Translations under genes and position numbers: made by a program
Shown: in pieces, positions 25,938 to 40,760 of the stretch
Position numbering within the stretch: position 1 is the stretch's first letter
How the letters are laid out: each line of letters begins with the position of its first letter
DNA from: the human T2T-CHM13v2.0 reference genome, Homo sapiens
Length of the DNA stretch: 64,000 bases
Strand: one strand, 5' to 3'
Assembly: GCF_009914755.1 (NCBI RefSeq)
Contig: NC_060933.1
The notes under the pieces: model-generated
What the model was told of the DNA's origin: nothing
Database searches by the model: none
Seen by the model: only the letters and a program-made list of their open reading frames with translations

Positions 25938-28900
25938 TTTCCTTGGACGTGTGTGTTTTGAACTGGAAATTTGTAGCAATTGTTACAGCAACAATAGCAA
26001 AGGAATACCCTGCATCATATCCATTTGGTACCATCAGGAGAGTTTAGAGCAGGAAAGAAAGCACACCTGTGGTCCCAGAGCTGCATGTACTAGAGGTTTC
26101 AGGCTCACAGAAGATGATGTTAAGGGGAGCAGATACTTTTTGCAGGGTAATGAGTTGCACTGATTTCCAGCATGCTCAGGTGAGGCCTAGTGGAGTCAGA
26201 CCTCCCGGGGTAGAATCCACCACTCACTGGCCATGTAACCTTGAGCAAATTCTGCAACCCCATCGTCTCAACGCTGGCTACATATTAGAATCACCTGGAG
26301 CACCTCAAATTATACCCATGGCTAAGGCCTACCCTGAGAATTCAAGTTGGCCTCAGGAGAGGGGCTTAGGCACCAGTACTTTTTATTTTAATCTTGTTTT
26401 TAATGGACCTTCAAGAATCAGACCAGAATCAGTACTTATTAATATAAGGCCCCAGATGATTCTAATATGTAGCCAGCACCAAGCACCACCCCTATCTCTC
26501 TAAATCTGTTTCCTCCTCTAAAATAGAAATAAGTGTTAGGTTACCCCACGTGGGTGTGATGAGCCTCAAGTAAGGTAATCCCTGTAAAGTGAGTAGGACA
26601 TAGTAAACCACCAATTCATTACTGTGACTCACGACTGACTCCCTGTGGATGTGCAGTGGTCCTTTTCCCTCTTGGGTCTCAGTATCCCCACCTGTACCTG
26701 GATCATCTTTCAGTGCCTCCTGCTATATCCCCTCTTATGAATAGAAAGATTCAGTAGATCACTTACTCAGTGACCTTTTCAGGTGCACTAAAACCAAGCA
26801 TTTCACACCTTAGGGAGACACAAGGCAGGATCTAATCAGAACTCTGCATCCCTCGGGCTTGGTTTAGGGATTCTAGTGCCACATTCAAAGCACAGAACAG
26901 GCGCCTGGGCCAATGTCACCTTGGTAAGTGTCTGCCTCCCAGCGTGCCTTAAGGTTGCAGGAAATTGCCTATTTACACGTATTCTGCTCTGACAGGCACA
27001 CCAGAATTTTAAAATCCTCCTTCAGGTTTCTCACAGATAAGATGGGGAACTTTGTTTACTATGGATTCCAGGGCTTCCTGAAGAGGAGGCCTTTGAGTTT
27101 TCGAAAATAATTGCTTTTCCTCTCCTGTGCTCTCCAGGGGTGGTCTTTGGCCGGAGGAAGAAATGGCTTTGTTGCTCAGGAGAGCTTTGGGAATGGAACT
27201 CAGGGGCTTCCAAAGAGCAGCAATCAGGAAAACAAGCAGGGAGGATCCAGGTTTTGCAAGGCCTGAAGCCTGCACACTAGGGAGCCCCATGCTCTGTGAA
27301 GGAGAGAACAGTGATAAGAAGAAGATAATGATTCAGCAGCTTTGCAAACATTGTTTGGTGAATAAACAGCCCCGTTCAGTGCACCGGTTTCTTCCTCCCA
27401 TCATGGGACAGGTGGAATGTGATCTGAGATGCCAGCCTTGGTCAGCTGGAGGGTTGTTCAGCTGCCTCATGACTCCTCCTCGGTAAGATTGAAAGAGCCT
27501 TTCATTCCCTAAATAAACATGTCTATTAGAGGCATTGATCTGTCCCCAGCAGGCAGTAATTGCACCTCAAATGCCACAGATGCACAGCCTGGGGTTCTAC
27601 TCCACCCCGCCCTGCCCTGCCCTGCCAGTCTCCCTGCCTGGCCTGGGACGGACCCTGACCCTCCTTGGGGTTCAGGCTCTTCTTCTGTACAGAGTCACAA
27701 GGCTGTTAATTCATATTCTTCCCATCACAGGGATGAACCCCTCTGGCTCAGTCATAAATGATAATATAAGACTCGTTTTCCATGGAAAAGCCCTAGTACA
27801 GCCATACGGGTACTTTAATGCAAAATGCTCACCTACCAGTTTGTAAGCAGCCCCTCTCTGAGCCCCTAGGTGCCACCTCCACTCTGTCCTCACGGCCCTT
27901 CGCCTGGGACCCCCTGAACTTCCGCATGACTCACCATGGCCAACCAGATCACAAGGGTTAGGGTTAGGGTGAGCACAGAATTACAGCCAGGCTTTGTGCC
28001 CATGCTCCATTCCTCAGTATATCAAATCTCACCCCTGGGCCTGGGCTGGGGCCCCTGCACAGGCTCCAGCCCTTCTTAGCCTAGAGAGAGGCTTCTTGAG
28101 GAGATTCTCCCATCCTTTAACAGCAGAATCCAGCCTGCCTGGATTCACTGAACAGGAGTGCAGCTGGGAGTGGAGCCATTTCTGAGCCGGTGAGCCCTGA
28201 TCTGTCTGCTTCTACCTTCATTTCTAACAGGTATTTCTGGCCCAAGAAGTTGGGCCTGGGAGGACAGACCCAGCCCAACCATCCTCCTGTGAAGGACCCT
28301 TCGTGACGGGGTGGAGGCCACACTCTCTGGCTCCTGCTCCTGATCACTTTCCTTCCCGTTCCTCATGAACATGTCCAGGCATCAGCCCAGGGGCAGATCT
28401 AGGAAAGCCTGGAGCCACCGGGCCCCTTGGAGCTTCCTCAGGGGCCACCAGAGGGTGGGGGCCCGGTAAGCAGCTCCCTTGCACCTGGCTTAGTCTGTAA
28501 TCTAGTGCAATCCCTTCACCGTGAGGATAATTGGGCCCAGAGGGCTCATGGTGAGTCAGACAGCCTGGGGTCCAGTCCCCAGCTGGGGGCTTTGCCCACA
28601 GCACCTTGTGCCCTCTCTCCTTTGTGGGTCTATCCTCGTCCTCACACACGTTGTCTCTCTGTTCCAGGGAAGGAGTATTCCATGGCCCATAATCCGTGTG
28701 AACAGATAGACAACGGGAAGCATCTTTGTTATTCCAACACTGGGGCAATTTCTTTCACCAACCCGTAGCAGAGGCCTTAATGAGGCTTCAGTCTAGCTGA
28801 AAAGGTTGTCCAAACCCCACACGTAGCACCAGGTGAGCCATAACTAAGACTGGACTATATGTGGGCTCTCACTTTGGACCCTATCCAGACCTTCCCACTC

Positions 28901-29078
28901 ACTCCCTGTGGGATCTACAGAAGTCTTTCCCTTCTCTGGACCTTAGTCTCCTCATCTATACAATGGTGATGTTGGACCAGAAATTCTAAGGACCCCCTTT
29001 CTCCTGATCTGTTCCTGATTCTATAAGGCCAGGGGTGGGAACAACCATCCTGGAATCCTCTCAGGAAAAAGCTGCTCA

Positions 29079-29360
29079 GGCAGGGTGCAGTGGCTCACGC
29101 ACTTTGGGAGGCTGAGGCGGGCAGATCATTTGAGGTCAGGAGTTTGAAACCAGCCTGGCCAACATGGCGAAACCCCGTCTCTACTAAAAATACAAAAATT
29201 AGCTGGGCATGGTGGCATGCATGTGTAATCCCAGCTACTTGGGAGGCTGAGGCACGAGAACACTTGAACCCAGGAGGCAGAGGCCACAGTGAACCGAGAT
29301 GGTGCCACTTCACTCCAGCCTGGGTGACAGAGCAACACTCTGTCTCAAAAATAAAAAAGA
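29079..29360 (+). mobile_element. AluS (short internal deletion)
   Basis: Alu with A-tail; TSD-like gctgctc on both sides. Confidence 0.9.
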
Positions 29361-29864
29361 AAGGGCTGCTCTTCCTTGATGACTCACTGAGGTACACCTA
29401 TGGTGGGACCTTTAGAATCAGATTTGGAGAGGGGAGACAGTGCAAAGTCAGTCACCTCCACTAGCTTGCCTAGTGCTTTTAAGAGTGTGGCATTCCAATC
29501 CATCACATTCCTGGAAAATAGTCAACCCTCTGCAAAAATAATTTGTGCATTTTACCTTCAGCTACTGCACGTTGGTTCTTCTCTCCAAACCATAAATGTC
29601 AAGCACTGTGGAAGGTTTTCTTTTTATTACTTTTTATTTTTGAGGGGGTAAATACCTTGCAACAGGACCACTTTGGTGAGTTCTGATGCCAGTCACAGCT
29701 TAGAAAGTGTCAAGGTAGTCATGCTGGATAGAATCTAGACACAACACATTTGCAGGCGAAGTCACTTTCTGGAAATAACCATGACGGAGTCAAAGACTCC
29801 TCAGAAACCACTTAGGCCAGTGCTTCCCAAATATGGTTATATATCAGAAGCATATGAGAAACTT

Positions 29865-30087
29865 GGCCAGGTGCAGTGGCTCATGCCTGTAATTCCAGCA
29901 CTTTGGGAGGCTGAGCGGGGTGAATCACTTGAGGTCAGGAATTTGAGACCAGCCTGGTCAACATGGTGAAACCCCGTCTCTACTAAAAATACAAAAATTA
30001 GCCGGGCGTGGTGGCATGCGCCTGTAGTCCCAGCTACTCAGGAGGCTGAGGCAGGAGAATTGCTTGAATTGGGGAGGCAGGGGTTGC
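29865..30087 (+). mobile_element. 3'-truncated Alu, a DNA-level copy of the Alu at 36258
   Basis: Shares private features (cctggtcaaca, gaattggggaggc) and 370 bp of upstream flank with 36258; no A-tail. Confidence 0.9.
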
Positions 30088-30905
30088 TCTTCCTTGACGA
30101 CTCACTGAGGCACACCTATGGGGGGACCTTTAGAATCAGATTATCAGATTTGGAGAGGGGAGACAGTGCAAAGTCAGTCACCTCCACTAGCTTGCCTAGT
30201 GCTTTTATGAGTGTGGAATTCCAAGCCAAGCTTTGCAATTGCAGATGCACCACTTACCAGTGAGTAATTTTCTCTTTCTGAACCTCAGTGTCCTTATCTG
30301 TCAACCAGAGCCAGTAATCTTTTCCTCATAGCAGAGTTGGAGGGGTCTGTGACAGAACCTCCTAGTTAGCCCCCAGTGTCTCTCTTCCCACCAAGCCACA
30401 GAAATGAAAGCCCCAATATTCTGACCACCCTAAAGACTCTATTTCCCAGCATGCCTTGCAGATAGTTGTACCATGTAGGTAAGTTCTGGCCAATGGGATA
30501 TAAATGGAGTTGTTTGGGGGTTAGCTTTGGGGAGCCTTCCTCTAAAGCCAGAGGCATGCACACTTTGCCCTTTTGTCTTCTTCATTCCCACCCGCCTTCT
30601 GATCCCTAGAATGTAGATGTGGTGGCTGCCATTTGGGATCATGAAGACAGTTTCCCCTGCTAGGGGTGACCAGTGGGAATTGGAAGGGGTCCACCTCCTT
30701 GAGCATCATTGAGCCACCTCCCTCACCTGCTTCCCTCTGGGCTTCTTTTACTTTTTTAGAGAAATCAACTCCCATCTTATGTAAGCCATTTTTATACGAG
30801 TCTCTGTTACTCAGAGCTGAACTTACTCCTCACTCACTGCCATAGGATCTGAGGAAATCAAGTGGTTCTCATCTAACCAAGTCACCCTTATGCCTTAAAT
30901 CCCTC

Positions 30906-31559
30906 TGATACTGACAGGAGGCAGCCAAATGCCTAGGCAGATAGGAGTGGTCCCCAGTGAAATCCCACCTCCAAGCCAAAGACAGTTCAAAGCCTAAAAG
31001 CCAAGCTACAAGTTAGATCCTTGGACCAGACTGAGAACCTGTCTTCCCATTTGGCACACCTTCCTCTGACTGATCACACCCTTCACCTATTTTACACAAG
31101 CCTACCCTTTTCTAATTGGTTTTCTACACTCTCATGCCCTCCTTTGGGTGGTGTCTTCGCTTTAACCTTTTTTGCATGCTCACAAACCAATTAACACGCA
31201 TTCCCCATTCTGAGTCCATAAAAAGCCCCAGACCCAGCCACACTGAGGAGAGAAACCACCCAGCTGCAGGGCTGGGGGACCAATTCCCACATCCCCTCTC
31301 TGCTGACAGCTGTTCTATTGTTCAATAAAATTCTTCTCTGCCCATCCTCACCCTTCTACTGTCAGCATGTCCTCATTCTTCTTGGATGTGAGACAAGAGC
31401 TCAAGAACTGCTGAACACAGGTACAAGCTATAACACAGGTGGGACAAGTGGGTAGGGTGTCTCTAACGGCAGGCCTGGGACCCAGAGAGGCCCAGGCAAG
31501 GGGGACATCGCTGACCAGAGGTCCCAGCTGGCAAAGTGACTGAGAAGCATCCTGTGTCA
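30906..31559 (+). mobile_element. ERV1-class solo LTR (LTR27/MER50-group, family tentative)
   Basis: TGATAC...TGTGTCA ends, TSD cctc/cttc, TATA-like ataaaa and AATAAA. Confidence 0.75.
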
Positions 31560-33593
31560 CTTCTGTGCCTCCTCAGGATACATCCAAACTCCTTAGCAAG
31601 GCACTTCAGGCCTTTCATGATCTTGGCATGATCTATGGCTCCAGACTTGGCTCTCAATGGCCCCCACTTATCCCATCACAGCCCAGGCACCAGCCAGGAG
31701 GAGGTTCTTACTGCACCCAAAGCCACAGGGCTCCCTCTCATTTCTGACCTTTGGCACATGCAGCTCTGTCTTCCAGAAATGCTGTTTCTCCCCTTGATTC
31801 AGCTTTCAAGAATCAGGTCAAGCATCAGCTCCTCCAAGAAGCCTCCCCTGACCTTCCCAGGCTTTGTGTAGTTGTTTTGTCCCATTTCCTGTTTCTCTGC
31901 TCTCTTGGCACCACTCTCTGGGTTCTCTTTCTCACACTGTGTGAGGGAAACATGCCAGTCTCCATGTCTGTCTGCCTCCCCAGTCTGTGAGTTGCCAGAG
32001 GACAGGTATGATGTCTTATTTGTCTCCACACTGCAGGGCCTGGCATAGGTGGGTCAGCAGTAACAGGAGCTGAGTGAAAGAAGGAATGATGAGTGGCAGA
32101 TGCTTGCTGATGTGGACACTGCTGGGCCTGACAAGGGACTGTGCTGGGGAAACTGTCTTTGAACCAGAAAGAACTAGCTAGAGACAGAGAGGCAAAGTGG
32201 AAAGCAAGGGTAATCAGCGCTCACTGCAGCTCCCATACTCTGGTCACCTAGGCATCAGCCCTGTGGATCCAAAAAGCCTTTGCGCCCTCCTTGGCAGATC
32301 TGCCCTGCTGTCATGGATGGTAGGGCAGCATTTCAGGCTCGCTCCATCAGCAAGTGTATGAAGATACACTGGGTCCCTGCCAATACTTTGTACTTCAACC
32401 ATTGCCTTATAGTGGCCCATAACCAGCCATAACAGGATGGGAAAGTCAATTGACTGGGTTTAACAAATAGCATGCATTTAGGCTCCAACATTTGTGGCCC
32501 AAGGACTCTGCTGCCAATGAACAAATGAACACTATGTAACAGCTTTACTACAACTTTCTGGGGCTTCAGTCTCCTAGAGGCCCTTGTGTCCTTCTCCTCC
32601 TATACCCCTCTTTTTACAGTGGCGATGACTGAGGCCCAGAGGGAGGTAGGTGGTGGCTCAAGGTCACACAGAAAGGCTGGAACCAGCACCCAGGCTCTGA
32701 TAGCCTGCCAGTGCCCTTTGCACCAACTCTACTAGGTTTGGTGAGGGCTATTCAATAATTAACCGTGGATTCTGAGAAAGACATGGACCCCTCGGGCCCA
32801 ATCATGAGGTCATAAAAGAACAGATTCATTACACAGTGTTTGAGCCCAGAGGACACTTGCTATTGACTTGGTAACATAATCTTTTTTTTTTTTTTTAACT
32901 TTTTATTACCAGAAATTTTAAATATACACAAAAATAGACATTATAATGAACCCCTTTGTGCCAGCAGCTGCCAGCGTAAGTAATTATGAACACCTGCTGT
33001 TCTTGGTAACATAACTTGGAATCTTATTTCCTCCTTGGAAACTGGAGGAGACACACACTATAAAACACTATAACCAGAATGATCATTTCAAATTGCAAAC
33101 TGGATTGTGTCAACCGCCCTTCCTTCTCCCTCAAGACCCTTTAATAGAATCCTCTGCTCCTGGGATGAAGATGGAGCAGAGCTCCTACCCCAGACCTGGA
33201 CAGCTGTCTCTAGACTTCTTTTAAGTGAGAGAAAAGTACACTTCTCTTGTTTAAGCCACTTTTATTTTGGGTTTTCTCTGATGTCAGTAGTTCTCAAAAC
33301 TGGCTACACAATGGAATCAATGGAAGAGCTTAAACACAAAACAAAACAACAACAAAACCAGATAACCCAGAACAACACCCAGGGACTCCTAGCAATGTGG
33401 AGTGTTGCTCAGGTGTTTCCAAAGACTCTCCCAGGTGGTGCTGATCCACAGGCATAGTTGAGAACCACTGTTTCATCATATGCATCCAATCTAACTCTAA
33501 CTGGTACAGGCTCGGCTGAAAGGTCATCTTCTCCCAAGAAGTCTGGGGAGGAACTCAGGGCTGCCTCTTCTGTTTCCACAGAGCTTGGTGCTA

Positions 33594-34122
<529 letters not shown>

Positions 34123-36232
34123 ATCAGTGTACATAAGGTGAAGCAATAGGGAGTGGTGAGGCCTGTGGCAAACTGGAAAATGAAAGCCCTGCCTAAAGGG
34201 GGCAGCTACTACGTGCATCTCTAGTTGAGCCACTGTTCCATATCCACGTGCAGGCCTGATAGTACTAAGTCTTCCAATGTTTCAAGAAAAAATAGAAAAG
34301 TACATTTTAATGTCAAATATCTCAATGTTTAAGCATTAGAAAGCATAAAACGGGGAAAAAAAACCCCACAACTCTGCTGGGGCCAAATAGAACATGTATG
34401 CTGGCTTGAGACTTGGGCTACCAGTTTGTGGTGTCTAGTCTGGAGCTTCTTCCTCACTAGGACAGTTAAGGCAGCATTACTTTATTTTGTGCTGCTTGTC
34501 ACCTTGTCAGTGGGAGAAGAGACAGGCAGGTGTGAAGCCCAGGCTCTCTCTCAGGCCCCAGGGTGGTGTTGGTATTTCCCTTCCATTTACCACCCACGTT
34601 CCTCCCTTGACCTCTGTCCAAACTCCTCCTCATCTCTCCAAAAGAAGGAGCTCCCAAGGCTGCACGTGGCTCTGCCTTCAATTACTGTTTATTTCATTTG
34701 CATGTGGCTTTTCTCCTTGACCTTAACATGAGGAGGGGAGCCACAGCCAGGGCAGCGTAGTAAAAGCTGAGCCTTTTGCTCTGCTAGGGTGAACTCTAAC
34801 TGTGCTTTACAGGTGCTATTGCCACACGTAAGCACTGCAACAGTCTTCTCTCCCTGCCCCACCGGACCCCAACCTCCTCCTCCTCTCAGTTGGGTCTTCC
34901 TTAGTCTCAATGATGCTGTCAGTTAAGGTGTGGTCAAGAAAATGGAAGCCACTCTAGGTGTTTTGAGTAGGAAGAGATTAATATTAACACAAGTGTTGGG
35001 AGGCTGGGAAGTGAAGGGCACTAAGCTATTGTCAAGAAATCTGGAAGTGCTAGGATTATAGGGAGGCTACTACCAGTGTTCTCTGCAGTCCACAGTCATG
35101 AACGGAGCACTCCTTAGGGGGGCCTTCAAAGCCTTGGGTAGAAATCCACCTCTGCAGATGCCCACGCACCAGCTGCATGTTTTGCTTCCAGGCCAGTGTT
35201 ATTTGTGTGATTGTGCAAGAGCTTGGCTTCTAGTCTGCACTTGGATACTAATCCCCTAATCCCTTCCAAAGGGACCTTGGGCAAGTCCCTTTTCCTTTTT
35301 GGGTCTCAGTTTCTTCAACCATAAAAATGAGGTGAAGGGGAAGGAAGACAGAGAGGGAGGAGAACAGAGTTTGTGGCAAATACTCAGGGGTTAGTTATGT
35401 TCAACAACATTCAGACTTGCTCATGTTCACAGAGAGTAAGCTTCACTTAGAGGATCACTTAGGAAAAAAGAAAAAAGTATATATTGGTTTGATTTTTAAA
35501 TGTATCTTTATTTTTAAATTTCCATTTCCTGCAAATGCCTCAGTGTCTTGACCTAGTCTTGCCTCTTCCGTTCAAATACAGAAAATGATTATGCTCAGTG
35601 TAGAAGAAACACTCAGTGCAGCTTTCAGTCCTTTTGTTTGGAATCTAGCTGATCTGTACGTCATTCTCAGAGCTGGATTCTTCTTCAGTAACTTCCTAGA
35701 CATATAAGGCTCTACAACGCTGAAGGATAGAAATTGCTTCTCTTCTCCCACCAGCCCAGTGTAAACACATCCCTGGACGACACTGACCTGACTGTGGCTT
35801 GTGTTATCTCACCCTTTCCCCTTCAATCCACACAGGCTCCAGGTCCAATATCCTTACAAAGGGCCTGGATCTTTTTTTGTTAATTAAAAAGCTGAATCCA
35901 TCACATTCCTGGAAAATAGTCAACCCTCTGCAAAAATAATTTGTGCATTTTACCTTCAGCTACTGCACATTCATTCTTCTCTCCAAACCATAAATGTCAA
36001 GCACTGTGGAAGTTTTTTTTTTTTTTTTTTTGAGGAGGGGTAAATACCTTGCAACAGGACCACTTTGGTGAGTTCTGATGCCAGTCACAGCTTAGAAAGT
36101 GTCAAAGGTGGGCATGCTGGATAGAATCTAGACATAACACATTTGCAGGCAAAGTCACTTTCTGGAAATAACCATGACGGAGTCAAAGACTCCTCAGAAA
36201 CCACTTAGGCCAGTGCTTCCCAAATATGGTTA

Positions 36233-36570
<338 letters not shown>

Positions 36571-38689
36571 GAAGCATATGAGAAACTTAACAAAAACTTC
36601 TGGGCTCCAACCTACATCTAATAATTTAGACTCTCTGAAGGCAAGGTCCAGGAGATTGTTAAAAAACAAAAACAAAAACACAAACAAACAAAAAAAACTA
36701 AGCTCCCCACTCAATTCTGATGTATAGCTAAGTTTGGGAGCCCCTTGTCTAGTTCTTATCTGAACTAGGATTTTGCCACATGGTTATCTGTCCTTCCCTG
36801 TACTCCTCCAGTGATGGGAGGCCCACTGCCTTTCAAGGGAGCCCCTCCCAGCCTTAGCCAGTTCTGCTTTTTCTGGGAGTTATTCCTCTGTATTCTTCAC
36901 TGGTCTGGCTCTGCCTTCTAGGACCCCACAGATCCTATCTGGTTTTGCCCTTCAGAGATTTGGACGGCACAGCCTTGTCTTTCAAGTTCTAAAGGGTGAA
37001 CATCCCAGTTCCTTCAGCTGCTCCTCAAGGGGCACAGCCTCCAACCTTGCCGCATGGGGGTCACTTCCTGTCTGCAGCTGGCCTCTCAGACCTGCCACAG
37101 TTTCCAATGCACTCTAACATGAGGACTGATACTCATTTTGCCATAAACTCACTCCCTCTATCAATGAGGCCTCTTAAGGATTGGTCAGTTAATCATTAAG
37201 TCAATCAGTCCTGGAGTGCTATGCCAAGTGCCCAAGGGGAGCTAGGCTGTCCACGTGCTGTGGGGGAGGCAGGAGGGCCTTGGCAAGGGGCTCATGCCGT
37301 TGCTGGAGAAACCCGAGGAAAGCATGGGCATCAAGGTGATAAGATGCCAATCATAGTGCCTTCATGGATGGCTAACTTTTGCAGCAAGGGCTGTGAACAT
37401 CCTAAGGATGATATGGTAGCAAAAGATTCCATAGAGATGTAGCTTAAGGAAAGAACTAAGTGAATTAGGTCCAAGCAGTCGCATGTGAGCACCCTAGATC
37501 AGTGGAGAGGCAGGGATTTAATACAAGGAACTGGGTGCTTACAGACCTGCTGCAAGTGCCGGAGGCAGAAGCAAGCCTTAGCCAGACCAGGACCAACTCT
37601 CAGGACAATATGGACGTGGCCCACCAGCCTCGTGCCTGTCTGAGGCTACTTCAGACACCCTCCTGCAGCCTCCATTCAAAGAGCAGGAAGCCAGGTCAAG
37701 GAGCGGCTACAGCCACAGCGGCCGGTCCACAGCCAGAAAGCTGGAGAAGGGACAAGGAATGCTGCCGCAGAACATCTCCCATTTCTGCTATCCTGCTAGT
37801 GCCACCCTACAGGGGCAGGACAATACCCTCCAATGCGTGCCCGCCTTCCACATCCGGCAGAGTACTACTAATTGGCAGCACCTAGTCCACATCCAGAACT
37901 CTAACTGCAAATGAGGCTGGGAAACATGGCGGTTAGCTTTGGGACCTCCCTAGCCAGAAGGAAGGTGCAGCGAGGGTGGAGCGAGTGAGATGCATGTTCA
38001 GTGGTCCATCTTGGCAACCTTTATAGCAACAAAATGGAGACAATTAAATGTCCAACAGTTTACCCCTACAACAGAATTCTATGCCACCTTGGAGAGGATG
38101 ATGTCATCTGTAATTAGTGATAGGAGAAAACTTCAAAATACAGCGCTAAGTTTTTAAATTTTTTTTAAAGCAGCACAACAGAGGTTACTATATGATTTTA
38201 TTTTTATTAAAATAATTTTGAAAGATGCAGAGGAAACAATACTAGCAGGACGAACACCGTAATAATGGCTACCGTAGGTGAAGAGATTACAGGTGATATT
38301 TTTCTTCTTTTTTCATCCTTTCCTGTGTTTTCCAAGCTTTCTACACTGTGCATACATTCTTTTTGTCCTTAGGACAAAAATGTACTTTGAAAAATGCCCA
38401 AATATAAAATCTTCTTGAAGGAACTGAAGAAAGGAGCAATGAAAGTGGAGGACAGAAATTAGTGAATCCTGGACAAAAAAAGTGAGGGAGAGGCGAGGCA
38501 GAGAAGGGGTTAAGGGGAGTCTCAAGGATGGCAGTCGATTAAGCAGCGTCTTGCAGCGGGGAGAAATGCAAAGTGTAGTTGGGGATCGGTCTCCGAAAAC
38601 TTTGCTGTGTGACCTGGGGAAGCCCCTGCCCCTCTCTGGGTATCTCTGTTTCCGCTCCCAAACCAGTGCCTTAGGACCCTAGATCTGAG

Positions 38690-39400
38690 CAACGTGGACA
38701 CTGGGCTTGCGGAGACCCGAGGGAGGGAGCGCTGAAGCGGTGCGGGCTGCCGGGGGTAGAGGGGCGGGGACCGGGAAAGACCGGGCTGGGCGAGGGAGGA
38801 GCGGCCTTGGCCGGCGACAGGACGTAGGCAGCGCCCCAGGCGCAGGCGGAGCCTCATTGGCCGCTGAGCCCCGGGCTGCGCGGAGGCGGGACCTGCGGCC
38901 AGCCCTGGGCGGCCATGTGGACAGAGCTGGGAGGGCCGGAACCAGAACCCAAGCGTGATCCTGAACCGGAGCCCGAGCCTGCTGCAGGTAACTAACGCTG
39001 GTCTCCCCTCGGCTCCCTCGGGAAGCCGCAGCTCCTGGCTCCGCGTGGGGGCTTTCCTCTCTGGGCCGCGGCGTCCGCATCTGGGGGCTGGCCTTTCCGC
39101 CGTTGCACTGTAGGACTCTCCCCACGTCCCCTAATCCCATCCCCCGCCTCTGGGTGACGCTACAGGAGCCCCGAGGACACAGACGCCCCCAGACCTTACC
39201 ACGTTAGCTCGACCTCAACACTCCTGCCCACTCGGCCCACTTCAACAGAGGGCCCCTGACCATAGCCCAGAGGCTTGGACAAGCCCAAAGGTTGCGCCCT
39301 TTCCCCCGCAGAAGGGGTGAGGTGGGCGCCGCTGCAGTTCCCGCGGATAGAGAAGGTCCGGTCCTTCCCGCTGTGGGTGAACTGTAAAAAACTGCCTGTA
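38690..39400 (+). promoter_or_regulatory. CpG-island promoter of ALDH1B1
   Basis: Dense CpG and high GC. GC box GGGGCGGGG at 38761-38769; inverted CCAAT (ATTGG) at 38856-38860; no TATA box. Confidence 0.9.
38882..38987 (+). other. ALDH1B1: ALDH1B1 non-coding exon 1 (5' end approximate)
   Basis: Donor CAG|GTAACT at 38987/38988 inside the CpG island. Joins the acceptor at 41919/41920, giving a 2932-nt intron. The TSS cannot be fixed from sequence alone. Confidence 0.85.
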
Positions 39401-39930
39401 TTCAGGAGGATATGCAAAGCTAGGTTTGTGGAAGTCTGGGGTGAGGCTCCTATACTTTCTTGCTGTGTGTCCTCGGTGAGTCCCTGAACCTCTCTGATGC
39501 CCAGCCTTCTTCCAGAATGGGGGTCATCATCAACCCTGACCACCCAGGGACTGCAGAGAGGCTTGGCAAATTTCCCGTGAGAAGACAGCCTGCAAACTGT
39601 AAAGCATGATGCTCTGTGAGCTGTGATCTTCCTATCAGCAAGTGGAGGCCCCAGCAAGAACCCCATATAGGCCCCAAGAGTAGGAACGGCCTTGGTGTGG
39701 CTGCAAAGGTTTGCCAGCCTTGGCCTATGACCACCTCTCCTGACTGCTTCACCCCTCCAATCCTTACCCCATGGGTTGGTGACTCCCCTTTCCCCTACCT
39801 CCTTTTGGTCTCCTCACCCTCAGAGCCAGGCCTGTTGGTGGCAAGGGGGCTGTGTCCCAGCATATGGCAAAGTCCTGAGCTAAATGGAACCCTGGGCACC
39901 CCTGGCAGATCTGCTGACTCAGCTTCCCCC

Positions 39931-40431
39931 TGTGGGATATGATGAGGTTTCTCTTCAAATAATCTGATCAATCTTTTATTCTTTAATTCTTAGTATCCCC
40001 CCCCTTTTTTTTTTCATTTTTCTCCTTTTTGCCTTTGTTAGATGCCCAGGCATGCCACAGTACCAAGCGTTATCAGTACCAGCCCACATTCCTTTGCTTA
40101 TTTGGAAAGAAGACTAACTTTCTAGCTCATTACAGACACCCTTTCCCCTTTCTCTCCACTTTCTTTTACGTGCCCACTCTATCTAAAATAAATCAAATGT
40201 TTAGCCAACCGGGATTAGTTTAGATTGTACGACCTGACCCCAGCCAATGGGGAAAGGGTACAGGGGCAGGACTTGCATCAGGAATAAAGGCTCTCGTGCC
40301 CCTTTGTTCAGGTGTGCTCTCATGGCAACTGGCCAAGGAGGCATCCCTCTGCGCAGAAGTAAAATTGCTTTGCTAAGAATCCTGTGTTCGAGTGTTCAAT
40401 TTCCTTAGGATTTTGAGCATTATTCCTAACA
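39931..40431 (+). mobile_element. ERV1-class solo LTR in the ALDH1B1 intron (LTR15-like, tentative)
   Basis: TGTGGGATATG...TTCCTAACA; TSD ccccc/cccgc; CCAAT at 40244, AATAAA at 40283, AGTAAA at 40358. Confidence 0.75.
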
Positions 40432-40477
40432 CCCGCAAGGGGAAGGGAAACTTTCTTGGTCAGCATTGATTATTATT

Positions 40478-40760
40478 ATTTTTTTTAGATACAGTCTTGC
40501 TCTGTTACCCAGGCTGGAGTGCAGTGGCACAATCATGGCTCACTGCAGCCTCAACCTCCTGGGCTCAGGTGATTGCCCCCACCTCAGCCTCCCAAGCAGC
40601 TAGAACTACAGGCATGCACCACTATGCTCGGCAAATTTATTTTTGTTTTTTTGTAGAGACACGGTTCTTGCTATGTGCTCAGGCTGGTCTCAAACTCCTG
40701 GCCTCAAGCAGTCCTTCCACTTCGGCCTACCAAAGCGTTACCAGCGTAAGCCACCACGCC
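40478..40760 (-). mobile_element. AluJ
   Basis: Diverged antisense Alu. Confidence 0.85.

Noticed and set aside
27954-27971. AGGGTTAGGGTTAGGGTG as an interstitial telomere
   Set aside because: Under three units; expected by chance at this scale.
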